Part shown: positions 61,919 to 64,000 of the stretch, piece after piece
Layout: each line of letters opens with the position of its first letter
How positions within the stretch are numbered: position 1 is the stretch's first letter
NCBI GenBank assembly: GCA_963733675.1
Contig: CAVTET010000012.1
Location: forward strand, 128,001 to 192,000
Source: an uncultured Methanosarcinaceae archaeon
GTDB taxonomy: Archaea > Halobacteriota > Methanosarcinia > Methanosarcinales > Methanosarcinaceae
DNA length: 64,000 nt
Reading direction: 5' to 3'
Position numbers and translations under genes: made by a program
Notes under the pieces: generated by a model
Told to the model about the DNA's origin: nothing
The model's database searches: none
The model's input: only the letters and a program-made list of their open reading frames with translations

Positions 61919-62689
61919 CTATAGCTTTGGTCTTTCAAAAAGAGCAGGATATTTTTCTTTTAATGGTATGAGGAGCTTGTCGTCTAATTTTGTATTATAA
62001 AGTGTTTTAACTTTTGAAAGTTGGTCAATTGTTAATTCGTTGACTCCTTTAAGATTAGCCCCTTCAAAATCAGCCCCTTTAAGGTTAGCTTTTTTAAGGC
62101 TAGCTCTTTCAAGGTTAGCTTTTTTAAGATTAGCTCCTTCAAGGTTCGCTCCTACAAGGTTCGCTCCTACAAGGTCAGTTCCTTCAAAGTTAGTCCCTAC
62201 AAGGTCAGTTCCTTCGAGGTCAGCTTCTTCAAGATTAGCTTTCTTAAAATCAGTTCCTTCAAGATTCGCTCCTTCAAAGTTAGCCCCGTCGAGGTTAGCT
62301 TCTTCGAAATCCTCAAATTTCACATCAAGCACTTGAAGTTCCCTGATAGTTCCTTCCTTATCGTAACATGTCCAGCTCTGTCTATCATAAGGATAGCCAA
62401 CTATTATATGGCAATTTCCTGTTTTTGAAAAAAGGTGTAGATCAGCTTGTGAAGGTTTGCGGTTTGGACCTGGGTGGCTGTGAATCGAGCCTGCAGCTTT
62501 GACATTCGGCATCATAAAAAGTTTTATAACTGTGTTTTGTTCACTGGAATCGGTGCCCGGCAGTACAAACACTTCAGTGATGATGCAGTTATTCTCCTGT
62601 AAAAGGCCTGCAAACTCCTCCGGTGCCATTGACTTGCTGGCTTCGAGTATAAAATTGAGAGTATCACTAGCTATTCCCTTAATTTGCGT
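61919..62689 (-). CDS. JAMM/MPN+ metalloprotease fused to pentapeptide repeats
   Basis: PEEFAGLL, GSIHSHP..PSQADL JAMM motif followed in frame by about 17 A(N/D)LxG units; frame open to ACG at 62689. Confidence 0.85.
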   Translation of the reverse strand, partial: TQIKGIASDTLNFILEASKSMAPEEFAGLLQENNCIITEVFVLPGTDSSEQNTVIKLFMMPNVKAAGSIHSHPGPNRKPSQADLHLFSKTGNCHIIVGYPYDRQSWTCYDKEGTIRELQVLDVKFEDFEEANLDGANFEGANLEGTDFKKANLEEADLEGTDLVGTNFEGTDLVGANLVGANLEGANLKKANLERASLKKANLKGADFEGANLKGVNELTIDQLSKVKTLYNTKLDDKLLIPLKEKYPALFERPKL

Positions 62690-64000
62690 AAATGATTATT
62701 CTCCTGAATTTGTATCATAAATTGTTTTAGCTTTAGATAGTTGATTTAGTGATAAATTCCAAGTTATTGGCTCTTTAATTACTTTCTGATTGATTAAATT
62801 TTTTAACCCGTTTTCAAGTGAAAAAAGAAAAAAAGTAATTAAGATCGTGGATACTCATTGATTTAGTTATATTTGTTTACTCAATAAAATTTAATTTTTT
62901 TTTGTGAATGTTTGGATGTTATGACATTGCCTTCGTTCTGTTTCCCCTGAGTGGCAGAGTCACAACATCGACGGAATAACCTTGTCAAATCTTTCTTACA
63001 TAAATAAGTTTTAACCTTGTTACCAGAATCTCCACTATGGTCTTATTTAGCTATGGGGTCTTCAATTGTCTTATTAACTAATTTTGTTACCCCGATAGCA
63101 GACTTAGAAGCTCTTAGTGGGTGATGTTGTTTCATCCCCGGCTCATGACTTGATAATTGCAGTCTTATTGGTATGTTTGCATCCACCTCGCTATTTTGAA
63201 GGCTGTAAAGGTATCAAGATCCGGTGCCTAATTATTCATCCAATAGGCTCCGTTTTCTTAAAATTAAAATCGTTCATAACCCCCTAAAATCAGCACTGCC
63301 ACAATTGACCACATGTTGAATTCATCAATATAACGGCATATGAGCCAATGCAAAAGGGAAGGATCTAGAAAACAATTAAGCGTCTGCTAGTTATCTTGAA
63401 GATCTGATCTATTTTGCCAGGCTTCATGATATCTATCAGCTATTGATTCTACAAATCTTTGTTTATTACATTTTACAGTAATGGTCTTGTTTTAAATACT
63501 AGTATGTTAGATTATGAATGAATAAGATTAGTCTTTTGGAGCTATAACAAATAGTAACTACTTTTGTTTCTCCGTGTATTTTTCGGTGAACATTCAGAGA
63601 GTTCTTTTATAGTAGTGACTATGCAATATCTAGTCCTCCGAGCTTTCCTGATGCAGCCATTTTTTTCCGGAAATTTTAAGTTCAAAGTTCTGAATGGCCT
63701 TGCAAATTTCATCCCCTTTCTTTGCATCCTCGTAAAATATGCGAATTTTTCACAACAAAGAAGGGGATTTCCTGAAGCAGAGATTTCCTTTTACGTCAGC
63801 TATTTACAAAATCATAGCTGTATTATCATTTTTCGATCTAGATACATGAAGATGCTTATTTAGTTATAATGACCTATGTCTAGCTATATATCAGTTTAGA
63901 TCATATCAATTTTTTACCTGCGCTTGGGCCGGGAGAACACTGGAAGACATCACTAATTTTGATTTCTATTAGATTCTTTGCGGGAAGTCCGGGTTTTGTT

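Noticed and set aside
62040-62336. Repetitive plus-strand ORF (RLAPS/RFAPT)
   Set aside because: Antisense shadow of the pentapeptide repeats
62900-64000. Short ORFs and gene-like fragments at the window end
   Set aside because: Interrupted frames with no confident family assignment

Overview
AT-rich archaeal chromosomal window, most consistent with a Methanosarcina-type methanogen (mer, rps3ae, archaeal pheT, rfcL, nadM, JAMM/MPN+, archaeal tRNA-Gln, methanogenesis-marker-like genes). It is heavily eroded: intact CDS cover only about 23-25 kb of 64 kb, and the rest is pseudogenes (metX, DUF39/marker-16, GH13, S53, M14, UppS-like, methyltransferases), IS6/IS5/IS200-IS605 copies and remnants, MITE-like repeats and microsatellites. 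The stand-out intact locus is a membrane-bound single-module NRPS of the Pls (epsilon-poly-L-lysine synthetase) type with its own Sfp-type phosphopantetheinyl transferase and an (AAAT)19 tract upstream, suggesting an archaeal homo-poly(amino acid) system. Other oddities: a JAMM isopeptidase fused to pentapeptide repeats, two genes that appear to start at ATT and ACG, a TnpB right end that supplies the pheT stop codon, a decayed tRNA-Leu(CAA), a tandem DUF2934-like protein and mosaic IS6 copies. All family assignments come from motif recognition by eye; no database searches were run.
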